In this document: piece after piece, positions 1-9,823 of the stretch
Layout: each line of letters opens with the position of its first letter
Position numbering within the stretch: position 1 is the first letter of the stretch
Source: Saccostrea echinata
Taxonomy: Eukaryota
DNA length: 64,000 bases
Direction: 5' to 3'
Assembly: GCF_033153115.1 (NCBI RefSeq)
Contig: NW_026889801.1
Span: forward strand, 4,278,001-4,342,000
Position numbers and translations under genes: made by a program
Notes under the pieces: generated by a model
What the model saw: the letters and a program-made list of their open reading frames with translations, nothing else
Databases searched by the model: none
Told to the model about the DNA's origin: nothing

Positions 1-141
1 TGGAGTGTACGCATTTAACAAAACAGGAAATCTAAATATATTTTTTTTTTCACTTAAAACCACACTTTCAGTTAAAGCACAATTTATAGGCAAAGTTTTT
101 ACTTTTGATTTCAGTTTTTTAATGTCTTTATTAAAAGTTCA

Positions 142-489
142 ATCGTCATGGTAACTCAGTGGGTAAAGTGCTCACTCGGTGATCGGAAGGTTTTGGGTTC
201 AGGATCCGGCAGCGACAGACCTAAGTCGATTAAAAAATAGGTAGGAACAGTTCCTTCGCCAATCTGTAGGCACTTTAAAGTGAAAATTGTGAATGTTTCG
301 AATGAGACCTTAAACACCAATGCCCCTTATCACGGTAGGCGTTGACACGATAAATTACAGATCCCTCAATGCGGGATGTCAAAAATGCCTAGTAAAGGTC
401 TAAATTTGAAGCCCTGCACCGGTATATAGTGATATCTCTATATGAGTGAAAAATGTGGAATGGGAATTCAAACAATAATTAATCAATCT
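142..489 (+). mobile_element. tRNA-derived SINE (bivalve type, Meta-SINE-like central domain), degraded
   Basis: A-box-like TGGTAACTCAGTGG, B-box-like GGTTCAGGATCC, body GTAGGCGTTGACACGATAAA..GATCCCTC, and tail CTATATGAGTGAAAAA..CAATC. Collinear with the reverse complement of 55548-55892. Confidence 0.8.
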
Positions 490-602
490 TCATAAATGTT
501 TATATTGTTTGACACAATAGAAGACGATGTAGGTATCATAAATATGGGAGCTTTATTTTTGTAGTAAATGGTGGCATTATAAATAAATAGCTTTAATCCT
601 TT

Positions 603-2076
603 TGTCACGATTTTGACATAGAGAATGATGTATATATAGCATTTGTGTTTAATTATTATAAATACAGTTATAGAAATTGTTTGATCAATTATAAAGTGAT
701 GTTATTGAGTAATGATGTCATATGATTTCTACATGTGATATAGAAGCTTAGTGTTCTTTGCATTTTTGCTATAACAAGTGCAAAACTGGTTGTATTTACA
801 TGGAATTTGTATGCATGTGTGTACATAGTTTTGATACTTTCTCTCATGATTTGTAGATCGCTGTACATATCTGTATAGTAATAAGCTGTATTTGTTGTAA
901 ATATCGTTTCAAAATCTGTAACTTTATTTATAGATACCGCCATCATGGTGTATACTTTGCATTATATTCCATCCCGATTTTAATTGTAATTCCTCTGCAC
1001 TGAGTATTTTATCGAAATTTGATGTTTATTGGAAATTGTTACATTGTATGAAATTCTTATATTCTTGTTTGTTATATTTATGTACATTATTTATTGTTAT
1101 TGTTAAACATATGTTGACTATGGTTATTGCCGGTGACTGCCGATGATACCGGAGATCTGCCGATCATCCCTAGGGAAGCGCGTGGATTTCCGGGGGGACT
1201 CTCAGGAGGTATATATAGGGGAGATAAGCAGTACCGGTGGACTCGGGGTTTAGCATCTAAGGTGATTCTCTGATTTTTCCAGTAGGAATTTAGAAACTTT
1301 TAAAGTAATTTATTTTTTTTTTAATTGGTGATTACGGGTTAATCTCGTATCACTAATAATTATAAGTAATTATCCTAGGACGTTTATATCGGGTTAATCT
1401 CGATATCTACGATTAAATAATTTTGCTACGGTTTGACTGAAAGTTATTCTTGAAGTCTTTCCGTGTAAATAATTGATTATCGTTGATAGTTCATCGAAAT
1501 TTAATCAATTTAAAGTGATAATTTATTTACGGTAGGAATATTCACGCAGGAATTAATACTAGGATTTAATACAGAGATTACAGAGCTAATTATTTTGCTT
1601 TAGATAATTTGGTAGATTGTATAGATTCGTAAATAAGAAATACTTTGGTGATTCTAAGGTATTTCTAGATTTTAATACTCACTAATCGGGTCATTTTCGT
1701 TTAGTGCCCCCCCCCCTTTATCGTATTAACGTAATACGAAGGTTGTGTTATTTATTATACTATCTCACTGTGTGTTTGGGTGATTCCCGACTACCAGTGA
1801 ATTAATTGTAATTGAATATTAATTAATATACTTAATATACATCTTGTTACTTTTATTTATTGAATAAATCTGTGTAAACTTTAATTAAGGCTTATCTTTA
1901 AATTCCTCCGTAATTTTAATTTACGAGTCCAAACACAGGTAATTCTTGTGTTAATCTAGGAGTTCTATATTTACGGGTTATTCTCGCAAATTATCAGAGT
2001 GCTTCATGGGTTATTCCCGTGTAGGCATTTAACAAGTACTTGTGCGTGAGGTGACAAGCAACTCAGGTCCGTTACA
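603..2076 (+). mobile_element. Solo LTR of an LTR retrotransposon (Gypsy-like), 1474 bp
   Basis: Termini TGTCACG...CGTTACA (7-bp inverted repeat, 1 mismatch). 4-bp TSD CTTT at 599-602 and 2077-2080. TATA-like TATATATAG at ~1210, AATAAA at ~1863, no ORF. Confidence 0.85.
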
Positions 2077-3376
2077 CTTTCAATTTTTGTATTCCCATTA
2101 ATCATTGGAAAATTAAGATTAATTTAAAATGCATTTTAAATCAGGAAAAAAAGTTTTACAAACTTAACAAGTCTTTTTTGTTATCGGGTTCGACCGATCA
2201 CAGTTGCTTCAGTACGAGGTACCCGGCAAGTTTAGTCATTTCCGAATACATGACGCAACGGACAACTTTTTTTTTATAAAGCACTGAAAGCTTCATGTAA
2301 TTTTATCGTGTTAAGTTAAGGAACTTTTTAATGCATTTACGTTTAGATGCATACATTTACACAGTGACATGGTGAATAAACCGTTTCCTCTTTGTGCGTA
2401 AGAATGTCCTTCACTTTTAAAACGGAAGTACACCATTTCTCTGTAAAGATTATTTGTTCATATGGGTTTCGAGATAGTCTTACTCATACATTAGTTTATT
2501 CGTTTAATAGGAAACTGGTTGCTCTTCATATTCTTTGCATTTTGCAGGCCACAATTTTGACATCTAAGCATAACATTTTCAGAAGATACTTGTTTTAATT
2601 TATACCTCTCTTGATGGCCATTTTAGATGCACCACCCATCTACATAATTTCATGATTAGATAATACCATAATTTATTATCACTGTATAAATGCCTAATAA
2701 ACCCTACTTCAATTGATGTCAAATTGTTAATCTACACAATAATATAAGCATATCATGTAGAACACGTGTGTGGAAATATCGTTAAATTATATAAAACATG
2801 AAATCATGGAGGAAATAAATTCAGGTTAAAAATTATTCTACAATATATTCAAAATTTGTAAACACCATTCACTTTTATAGAAATGTGTCAAAAAAGCGAG
2901 ATGAGACGAGAAAGCCATTAAAGAGTGGCAAATTTTTTCATCATTGTCGCAAGGACAATTGATAAAAAAATATGGTATAATTAATTTTAACAAAAATAAA
3001 GACGAATTAAATGCTTCCATCTTTTCGTTTTCTGTATTTGATTGAACAAGAGAAACTTGGTAATACAAGCAGAATGGCCAACATGTTTCAAGAATCGATT
3101 GTTCCTTTCAAAGAATTACTGAATCAAGGTTAAAAAACATGTCTTCAATTCCTTTTGCCCTTGATCTTTTCATTGATCTGAATGAGGACTGAATGCAAAT
3201 ACAATGTAAATAAAACGTCAAGGAAAACTAGTATATCATAAAAGCTTTTATAATAATTTTGTGTCCATTTGCACAAAAAAGTGATGAAAACAAAATGAAC
3301 AAGGTCTTCGTTTCGATTTTTCTGACATCACCTTTGTCTTAATAGGTTAAAAGAGAATATTAGAATTTTTCTCTAG

Positions 3377-3503
3377 AGTGTACGCCTCGTTTCACAGTAA
3401 AAGGATGTCAACAGAAGTGCAAAAATCCCAATTATGGTGTAAAATGTCAGTCAGAATGTAATTGCTTGGAAGAAAAATGTGATTACGGTACTTGGTTGTG
3501 AAG
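3377..3503 (+). pseudogene. EGF-like (MEGF10/SCARF/CED-1 type) pseudo-exon
   Basis: AG/GT-bounded exon reading ECTPRFTVKGCQQKCKNPNYGVKCQSECNCLEEKCDY. A +1 insertion near the end breaks the frame. Paralog of 58360-58485. Confidence 0.75.
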
Positions 3504-3511
3504 GTCAGGTA

Positions 3512-3733
3512 AAGGAAATGGGGTGTTGTAAATGAAGAACTATCAAATAAGAAAAATGGGGTGTCGTAAATGAAAGACTATCAAAGAAGGGAAATGGGGT
3601 GTTGTTAATGGAGGACTATCGAATAAGGGAAATGGGATGTTGTAAATGAAGGACTATAGAATAAGAAAAATGTGATATTGTAAATGAAGGACTATTGTAT
3701 AAGAAAAATAGGGTGTTGTAAATGAAGGACTAA
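3512..3733 (+). repeat. 37-bp minisatellite, ~6 copies
   Basis: Unit AAGRAAATGGGGTGTTGTAAATGAAGGACTATCRAAT repeated in tandem. Confidence 0.9.
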
Positions 3734-4474
3734 ATTTTTTTCCCGGATTGTAAAGCGTAAACTGACCTAAACCAGGTTATACTCGAAAAATTTGACCAAG
3801 AATTAGAGTCATTCCTAAAGTAAATCTAAAGTAAAATTATGTTATATAATTAAAAATAATTTGTGTTAAAATGTGTCCGTAGTACGACACGTGTTACTTT
3901 TCCCGTCAGGGAGGGCAAAACTTAATTTTTGATATTGGGGATATGCCAGGTTGCCGGCTGCCCCACTGTTATATTGACCACTGTTGATAATATCTGCCAA
4001 CTCAATTAAACCAATCAATAAACAATCAAGATATTTGTTTTGAAATATTGAATATATTTAGGACTTTGATAACAATTTTAAATATGAACGAAGAGATTTA
4101 TTTTTTAAAAAAGATATGACTACAGATATTATCAAAAGCATTGTTTGTCAATTACTAAACTTTGACTCGCTCTGCGATCCCATTTTCGCAGTTTAAAATG
4201 TTGGATGTTTAAAATATATATAGTGATATATTTAAACTTTTAGATTTAAACCTTTGAATTTATTGTTAAAACATGTCTACCAAATCTGGATATAATGTGA
4301 CGTTAAATAAAAATGTCATGACAGAAATCCTCTAACAGCCCTTATATACCGTATAGTTGGTTTTCATGTTACCTTGCTTATTTTACGTTTCAATTTCAGA
4401 AAGAAAAAAACGCATTTTTCTTCCATTTGCATAAGGGAAAAGTATTTTCTTTCTGGTTTGTCAAATTTATTATT

Positions 4475-4955
4475 AGTCCCCTACCGGTGAAACTGGAGGG
4501 GACTATAGGTTTCCTCTGAGTCTGTCCGTCTGTCTGTCTGTCTGTCTATCCGTCTGTCCCTCTGTCCCTCTGTCTGTCTGTCAGCCTGTCCCACTTGGTT
4601 TTCCGCACTTTTTTCCTAAACGCTTGCAGATATCGTGCTGATTTTTGGTATGTGAGTGTATCTTGGTGAGTTACAGATCAAGTTTGCATTTCGTTCCGCT
4701 TTAATGATTTTTGAAGGAATTACGGCCTTTTCAATTTTTAAGGGTTTTCCACAATTTTCTTCTAAATGCTTTCAGATATTGAGCTGATTTTTGGTGTGTG
4801 ACTTTACCTTGATTAGTTATAGATCAAGTTTGCATTTCGTCCCGCTTCATTGATTTTTGACGGAATTATGGCATTTTCAATTCTTAACGGGAACCAGATT
4901 ACACATGCCGGTAGGGGACTAGTATTGCTAATGCAATACTCTCAGAATGCTTGTT
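4475..4955 (+). mobile_element. Non-autonomous Helentron-associated element (HINE), present in copy 1 only
   Basis: Subterminal IR AGTCCCCTACCGG / CCGGTAGGGGACT, (TCTG/TCCG)n microsatellite, and 3' hairpin AGTATTGC-TAAT-GCAATACT. Inserted in TT; the empty site TTTATTATTGAAT is at ~21390. Confidence 0.88.
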
Positions 4956-5433
4956 GAATATATTAAACTCCAATCTTTTATCAGATGTTACAATTGAGAA
5001 CATTTGGTCCATTGCAAAGTTTCTCGGCATGATCTCTATCATTTTTTGATAGCCAGTAACACTTCTAATTTTGTGTTTGAAAATTTTTTTTATTATCTTA
5101 TTTTGTCTGATCTAGAAATTCAATGTTTATTGAAAGACATTTGGTGCTAAATTCTTTAATCTATAAAGGATTTAAATCCTCTAAACAGCAAGTTTTCATC
5201 ACTACCACAGGACAAAGCAATACTGTATCACTCATGAGTTTTGCATAGAGGAAAATTATAGAAACTAAATATCGTCTGTTTCGTTTCTAAGTTGAACTGG
5301 AATTTCAATCTAATGTTCATATGCAACATAAATTTCTTTAAAGAACAAACATTTGTCAGATTTGTAATGTCATAAGAGAGATTTATATTTTAATGCCTTA
5401 GAACTCTTTTATCTTTTCTCTTCTGCGGAAGTC

Positions 5434-5441
5434 TATATAAA
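5434..5441 (+). promoter_or_regulatory. TATA box of C1qDC copy 1
   Basis: TATATAAA ~100 bp upstream of ATG 5535, conserved at 21871. Confidence 0.55.
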
Positions 5442-5534
5442 TCGAATTCGAAATATGAAGTTACAGGAAAAATAGGACGGGTTCACCAAACTGCTCTTAA
5501 GATATTTTGTATGTAACTAAGTAAATCTTTCACA

Positions 5535-6940
5535 ATGCATATTCCAATTCCGTTTAGCATTACCACTTTATTGTTTTTGATTAATACTGGAGAAGGTTTC
5601 GCATTGCTAATGCATGGAAATTCTAACGAAACAATCCTTTCGTCTGGTTTGCATACTTCCGATCCAGCAGAAATCAAGCAAATGTTTCTGAACCTAACAG
5701 CAGAGTTGGAAAATCTCAAGAGACAAATAGATGTACTTGGTGATGAAAAAAAGTTGCTTCAAAACAGAGTATTCTTCTTGGAAGTGGAATTGAATAAACT
5801 AAATTCGTCTAAGACCCCTTCCAGTAATGAATTAATGGCGTATCTAAGAAGCACGAAGCACATAATTCAAACTTTGGCGGCAAATGAAGAATACGACAAA
5901 AATCTAACTCTCCGACTTAATGAAGCGGAGAATAATTTGGCGATATGTGTTAAGCAAAACAAAAACTTAACTCAGCAACTTAACGAAGTAGTGAATAACA
6001 TGGCTGCAAATGAAGTGTATGACAAAAACGTAAGTCAATGGCTCGGTGTTGCAATGGACAACTTAAATGACTTAAAGATTCAAATGCGATATACAAGCTT
6101 ATCACTACTAGACGTTCATTCTAAGACGGAAGAACTAAATACAACGGTAACCAGAAATTATGACGATCGAATAAAGGATCTCCATGGGCGAATAACAAGT
6201 ATGTATTCAGGCATTGCCGATTCTTAAATATTAAGTATCTAGTACATTTTATTACGATTTAATGTCAATGTCATAGATAGCTCCTCATGCATTTAAGGAT
6301 ATTTCTCAGTTTTGTGTGAGTTATTGGTATGTAAATCACACAGACTTGTCACGTAGGCATATTTCATGAAGCTCGCTAGCTCTTCATGAAAAATATGCCT
6401 ACGTGCAAGTCTCTGTGATTTACACACAACAATAATTTACACAANNNNNNNNNNNNNNNNNNNNNNNNNNNNNNNNNNNNNNNNNNNNNNNNNNNNNNNN
6501 NNNNNNNNNNNNNNNNNNNNNNNNNNNNNNNNNNNNNNNNNNNNNNNNNNNNNNNNNNNNNNNNNNNNNNNNNNNNNAAAATGCACTCAGTGTTTGAATT
6601 TTCCGATGCCCTATATCGTTATATTTTCACTAACGTCTCTGTAGCCCCATTGTGACGTACTTAAGTGTGAATTTATCCTTGCATATTTCTGCGCGTGAGT
6701 ATACATGCAAATGGCATTCAAATCAATTTTTAGTTGGTTAAGGACAAAAACACTGTAAATGTTAATATAAAAAAAAATGTGCTGTTTTTTTTTTTTTTTT
6801 TTCGAAATTGTTTGTTGTTGTTGAAGCTATTTCAATTTCAGCTCAATCAATTTAAACCATAGGCTTAAAGTGCTGATTTGATTTTTAATAACAATAACAT
6901 ATGTGAAGTACTTCAAGTAATATTTATTTCACGATTAGTT

Positions 6941-6986
<46 letters not shown>

Positions 6987-7437
6987 CATTTCAGTGATTT
7001 ACGCCATATAGAAAGTTGTTTCATAAACTCAAATAAACCTTGCAGATTTAACCAAAAAGGTAGCCTTTACGGTCGGCATGAGGTCAGCCAGCAGCTCCTG
7101 GAACAGCGGTACATTGGTGTTCGATAGGATTGTTTACAACATAGGTGGAGGGTACGACTCAGGCACTGGTGTCTTCACAGCTCCTGTCAATGGACACTTT
7201 GTTTTTTTCGTGAATGTACAAGCTTATAGTTCCAATGCAGTATACACACATCTAGTACTAAATGGCTCGAATAAAGTCACAACTATGGCAGAAAATGGTT
7301 CTTACATGCCAGGACCAAATTTGGCGGTATTAGGACTTCAAAAAGGAGATCGAGTATGGGTCAAATATTACGCCGGGACTGGTTATTACAGCGACAGTAC
7401 AGCTCCTGCTACCACGTTCTCTGGATTCCTTATTTAA
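5535..7437 (+). CDS. Secreted coiled-coil C1q-domain-containing protein (C1qDC), copy 1; exons 5535-6198 + 7046-7437, 351 aa
   Basis: Hydrophobic N-terminal signal (MHIPIPFSITTLLFLINTGEG) and a heptad coiled coil. Phase-1 donor ACAA|GTATGT joins in frame to acceptor TTGCAG|AT. gC1q motifs VAFT, LVFDRIVYNIGGGYD..TGVFTAPVNGHFVFFV, LQKGDRVWV, TTFSGFLI. AATAAA at 7596. Confidence 0.92.
6290..6770. mobile_element. Crypton-like non-autonomous palindromic element in the C1qDC intron (contains an N gap)
   Basis: Long palindrome TGTAAATCACACAGACTTGTCACGTAGGCATATTT..AAATATGCCTACGTGCAAGTCTCTGTGATTTACA. Ungapped relative at 34179-34577. Confidence 0.6.
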
Positions 7438-7956
7438 GCTAAATTTTATAATGGACATAAAAAAATGTTTGGTTAAAATCTATTTCAAAACTATAATAAT
7501 GATTAATAACTTTTCATGCAATTTAGTCTATTGTAGAACTCAATATATGATAGCTTTTGGTTCTCTTTGGATGGTGAAGTGAATGATGTTTTGTGAATAA
7601 ATGACTTGAAATGAAGGTAAAGAAGTACACAGACTAGATCTTGTTATATGAAATATTATATTCCTTTTTTAAAAGAAATACTAAAAGAATAGACAGTGGC
7701 AAACTATAATGCGATTGAGGATAGTTTGCCAAGAGCAACATTAGAGAGGTTAAGCGTTTGACCGCGTGCGTCTACGTGTACGTGTAAACCTAGAAGTGTT
7801 TTTACAAGTACGCGTAACTAACATCGTGTTCTGTTTAACAAACAGCACGTGTACGGGTACGTGTAAAACATTTTGTAATAAAATATTCCATTGGATAAAA
7901 AAAATCGAAATAAACAAATCAAAATAAGTTTTCCTTCTATGTGATTGTAAATTAAA

Positions 7957-8560
7957 ATGGCGCAAAATATGATGTTACTTGCATCTTTGGAGGATGATGA
8001 TGACCTTTTACTGTTGGCGAGTGTGGGCGATAAAAAAAATTCCTCAGTTTATCGGCAGTTAAAGTTTGATGAAATAAGCAATGAACAGTTCCTTAATTTG
8101 TTTACAATAAAAAAAGGGGAGATATGAATGGTTTGTGTGAAGCGTTAGATTTACCAAGAAAGATTGTGTGCCAAAACAGGACTGTATGTTCTGGAATAGA
8201 AGGTTTGTGTATTCTTATTCGCCGATTAGCGTACCCAAGTAGATTACAAGACCTTTCGCATATATTTGGGAGATCAACTGCTGAATTATCATACATTTTT
8301 AACACTGTCCTTAATTTCATTGATACAAGCCACGGACACAGACTAGAGAGTTTAAATCAGCCTTGGTTGTCGCACGCAAAGTTGGATGAAATGGCCACAG
8401 CCATAAGTAACTGCGAAGTCCCGCTGTTAAATTGCTGGGGTTTTATAGACGGAACGGTGAGGCCAATATGCAGACCCTAATCACATCAGCAGTTGGTGTT
8501 TGATGACCATAAGAGAGTCCATGGTCTTAAGTTTCAGTGTATTACGACACCTGATGATGG
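7957..8560 (+). pseudogene. Harbinger-type DDE transposase pseudogene (N-terminal part)
   Basis: Motifs LIRRLAYPSRLQDL..FGRS, CWGFIDGTVRPICRP and HKRVHGLKFQ. Frameshift at ~8115, stop at 8478, C-terminal part missing. Confidence 0.88.
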
Positions 8561-8569
8561 TAAAAATAT

Positions 8570-8775
8570 TTTCAAAAATACCCCGTACACCGCGATATAC
8601 ATAGAGAATAATATATACCCTTTAATTTCCGTATCACATCCTGTATCAGCTCGAGACGCAGCCAGTGGGCCGAAGGGCCGAGGGCTGACATTGGTCGAGG
8701 GCATGTTTTATTATGTTTATTACATACATGTAATAAAACACAGCACACATGAACTTGAGAAAAATACAAATAAAT
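8570..8775. mobile_element. Degraded Crypton-like fragment directly after the truncated transposase
   Basis: Core ATCAGCTCGAG..GGGCCGAAGGGCCGAGGGCTGA and short palindrome TTATTACATACATGTAATAA. Confidence 0.35.
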
Positions 8776-9256
8776 AATCATGTGTGCCCCCCCCCCAACT
8801 GAATAATTTTGCCGATATATAGAATACTATAAAAAAAACATGGCTAATATATGCTTGTGCCCCTTCAATTAAAAGGTCTGATGATTTTTTGCTTATCAAG
8901 GAATTTTTGGTAGTTGAAAGTGCCCCCCCCCCCCAAAAAAAAAATAAACTGAAAATGTATGGCTGTGTCCCCCGAACTAAAATTACTTCCTACGGGGTCA
9001 TGCACTGACAAATGACATGTAGCCTATTATATCAAAACAGTAATTTAAAATTAAGAGAATATGAACAATTTTTTTTTAAAAAATAGATGTATTATCGTAT
9101 GTACTGTTTTTTAAGGTTTAATCTACAAGGAGATATAAATCTGTATCAGCCCTGCAATTCTGCAATTATGACATCAGGTAAATCGCATAAGCAAGAACCC
9201 TGTTTTTATTACTAAGTATGTTGTAAATGTATGCAGTGTAATACATGTGCATACCT

Positions 9257-9823
9257 TTCTTTGGTGTCAGACACTCTAAGGCTCTCTTTCTTATTTCTTA
9301 CCCAATGTTCTCGGATTTTTCTTTCTTTTCTTTTTCTTCTTTCTTTCCCCTTTCTTCCTCTTCTTTCAACCCCAGTACTTCATCAAGTAAAGTGGTTTTT
9401 TCTGTTATTTCTTCACCAACACCAGATCTTAAAAATAGTACTTAATAATGAGTTTTCAAACTGTCTGAATTTATTATAAAATCAGATTTTTGGTCCACCC
9501 GCAATGTTGTGTAACTAAAAACATAAACAAAGAGAGGATTCAGCTAAAATATAATTATGTGTAGTATTTATTCAGAAAGAGAAATAGAGAGATGTGTACT
9601 TTTTGAGATTCTCTCGGTTTTCTCTCTTATGCTGTTCAATGAGTAGATGTGTCCGCTCTCTCACTCTCCTAGCATCTAGAAAAAAATCAGGTGATGACAG
9701 GGTTGCAGCGATTTCTGCCCATTTGCTCTTGTTTTTCAAGGGATTACTGGCGACAATTTCCCTCAAAAGCCCGATGTCATCCTCACTTTTAAACCGAATT
9801 TGTTTTTTCCTCTCGATATTCAT
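9257..9823 (-). pseudogene. Myb/SANT-like accessory ORF of the Harbinger-group element (spliced, frameshifted)
   Basis: IRFKSEDDIGLLREIVASNP..KWAEIAATL..ARRVRERTHLLIEQHKRE, spliced (AA|GTACAC..AAG|A) to SGVGEEITEKTTLLDEV and a charged tail. Confidence 0.75.

Noticed and set aside
1325-2028. NF-kB-like sites (GGGTTATTCC, GGGTGATTCC) in the LTR
   Set aside because: Poor fit to the consensus in most copies; flanking self-complementarity favours the hairpin interpretation.
2838-3068. Minus-strand signal-peptide-like ORF (MEAFNSSLFLLKLIIPYFFINCPC)
   Set aside because: No canonical donor or convincing downstream exon found.
5535-6227. 230-aa single-exon ORF as a complete protein
   Set aside because: A GT donor at 6199 splices in frame to the gC1q exon, so the last residues are intron read-through.
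6939-7127. Poly-Phe ORFs (also 16173, 23364, 29230)
   Set aside because: Translations of poly-T tracts.
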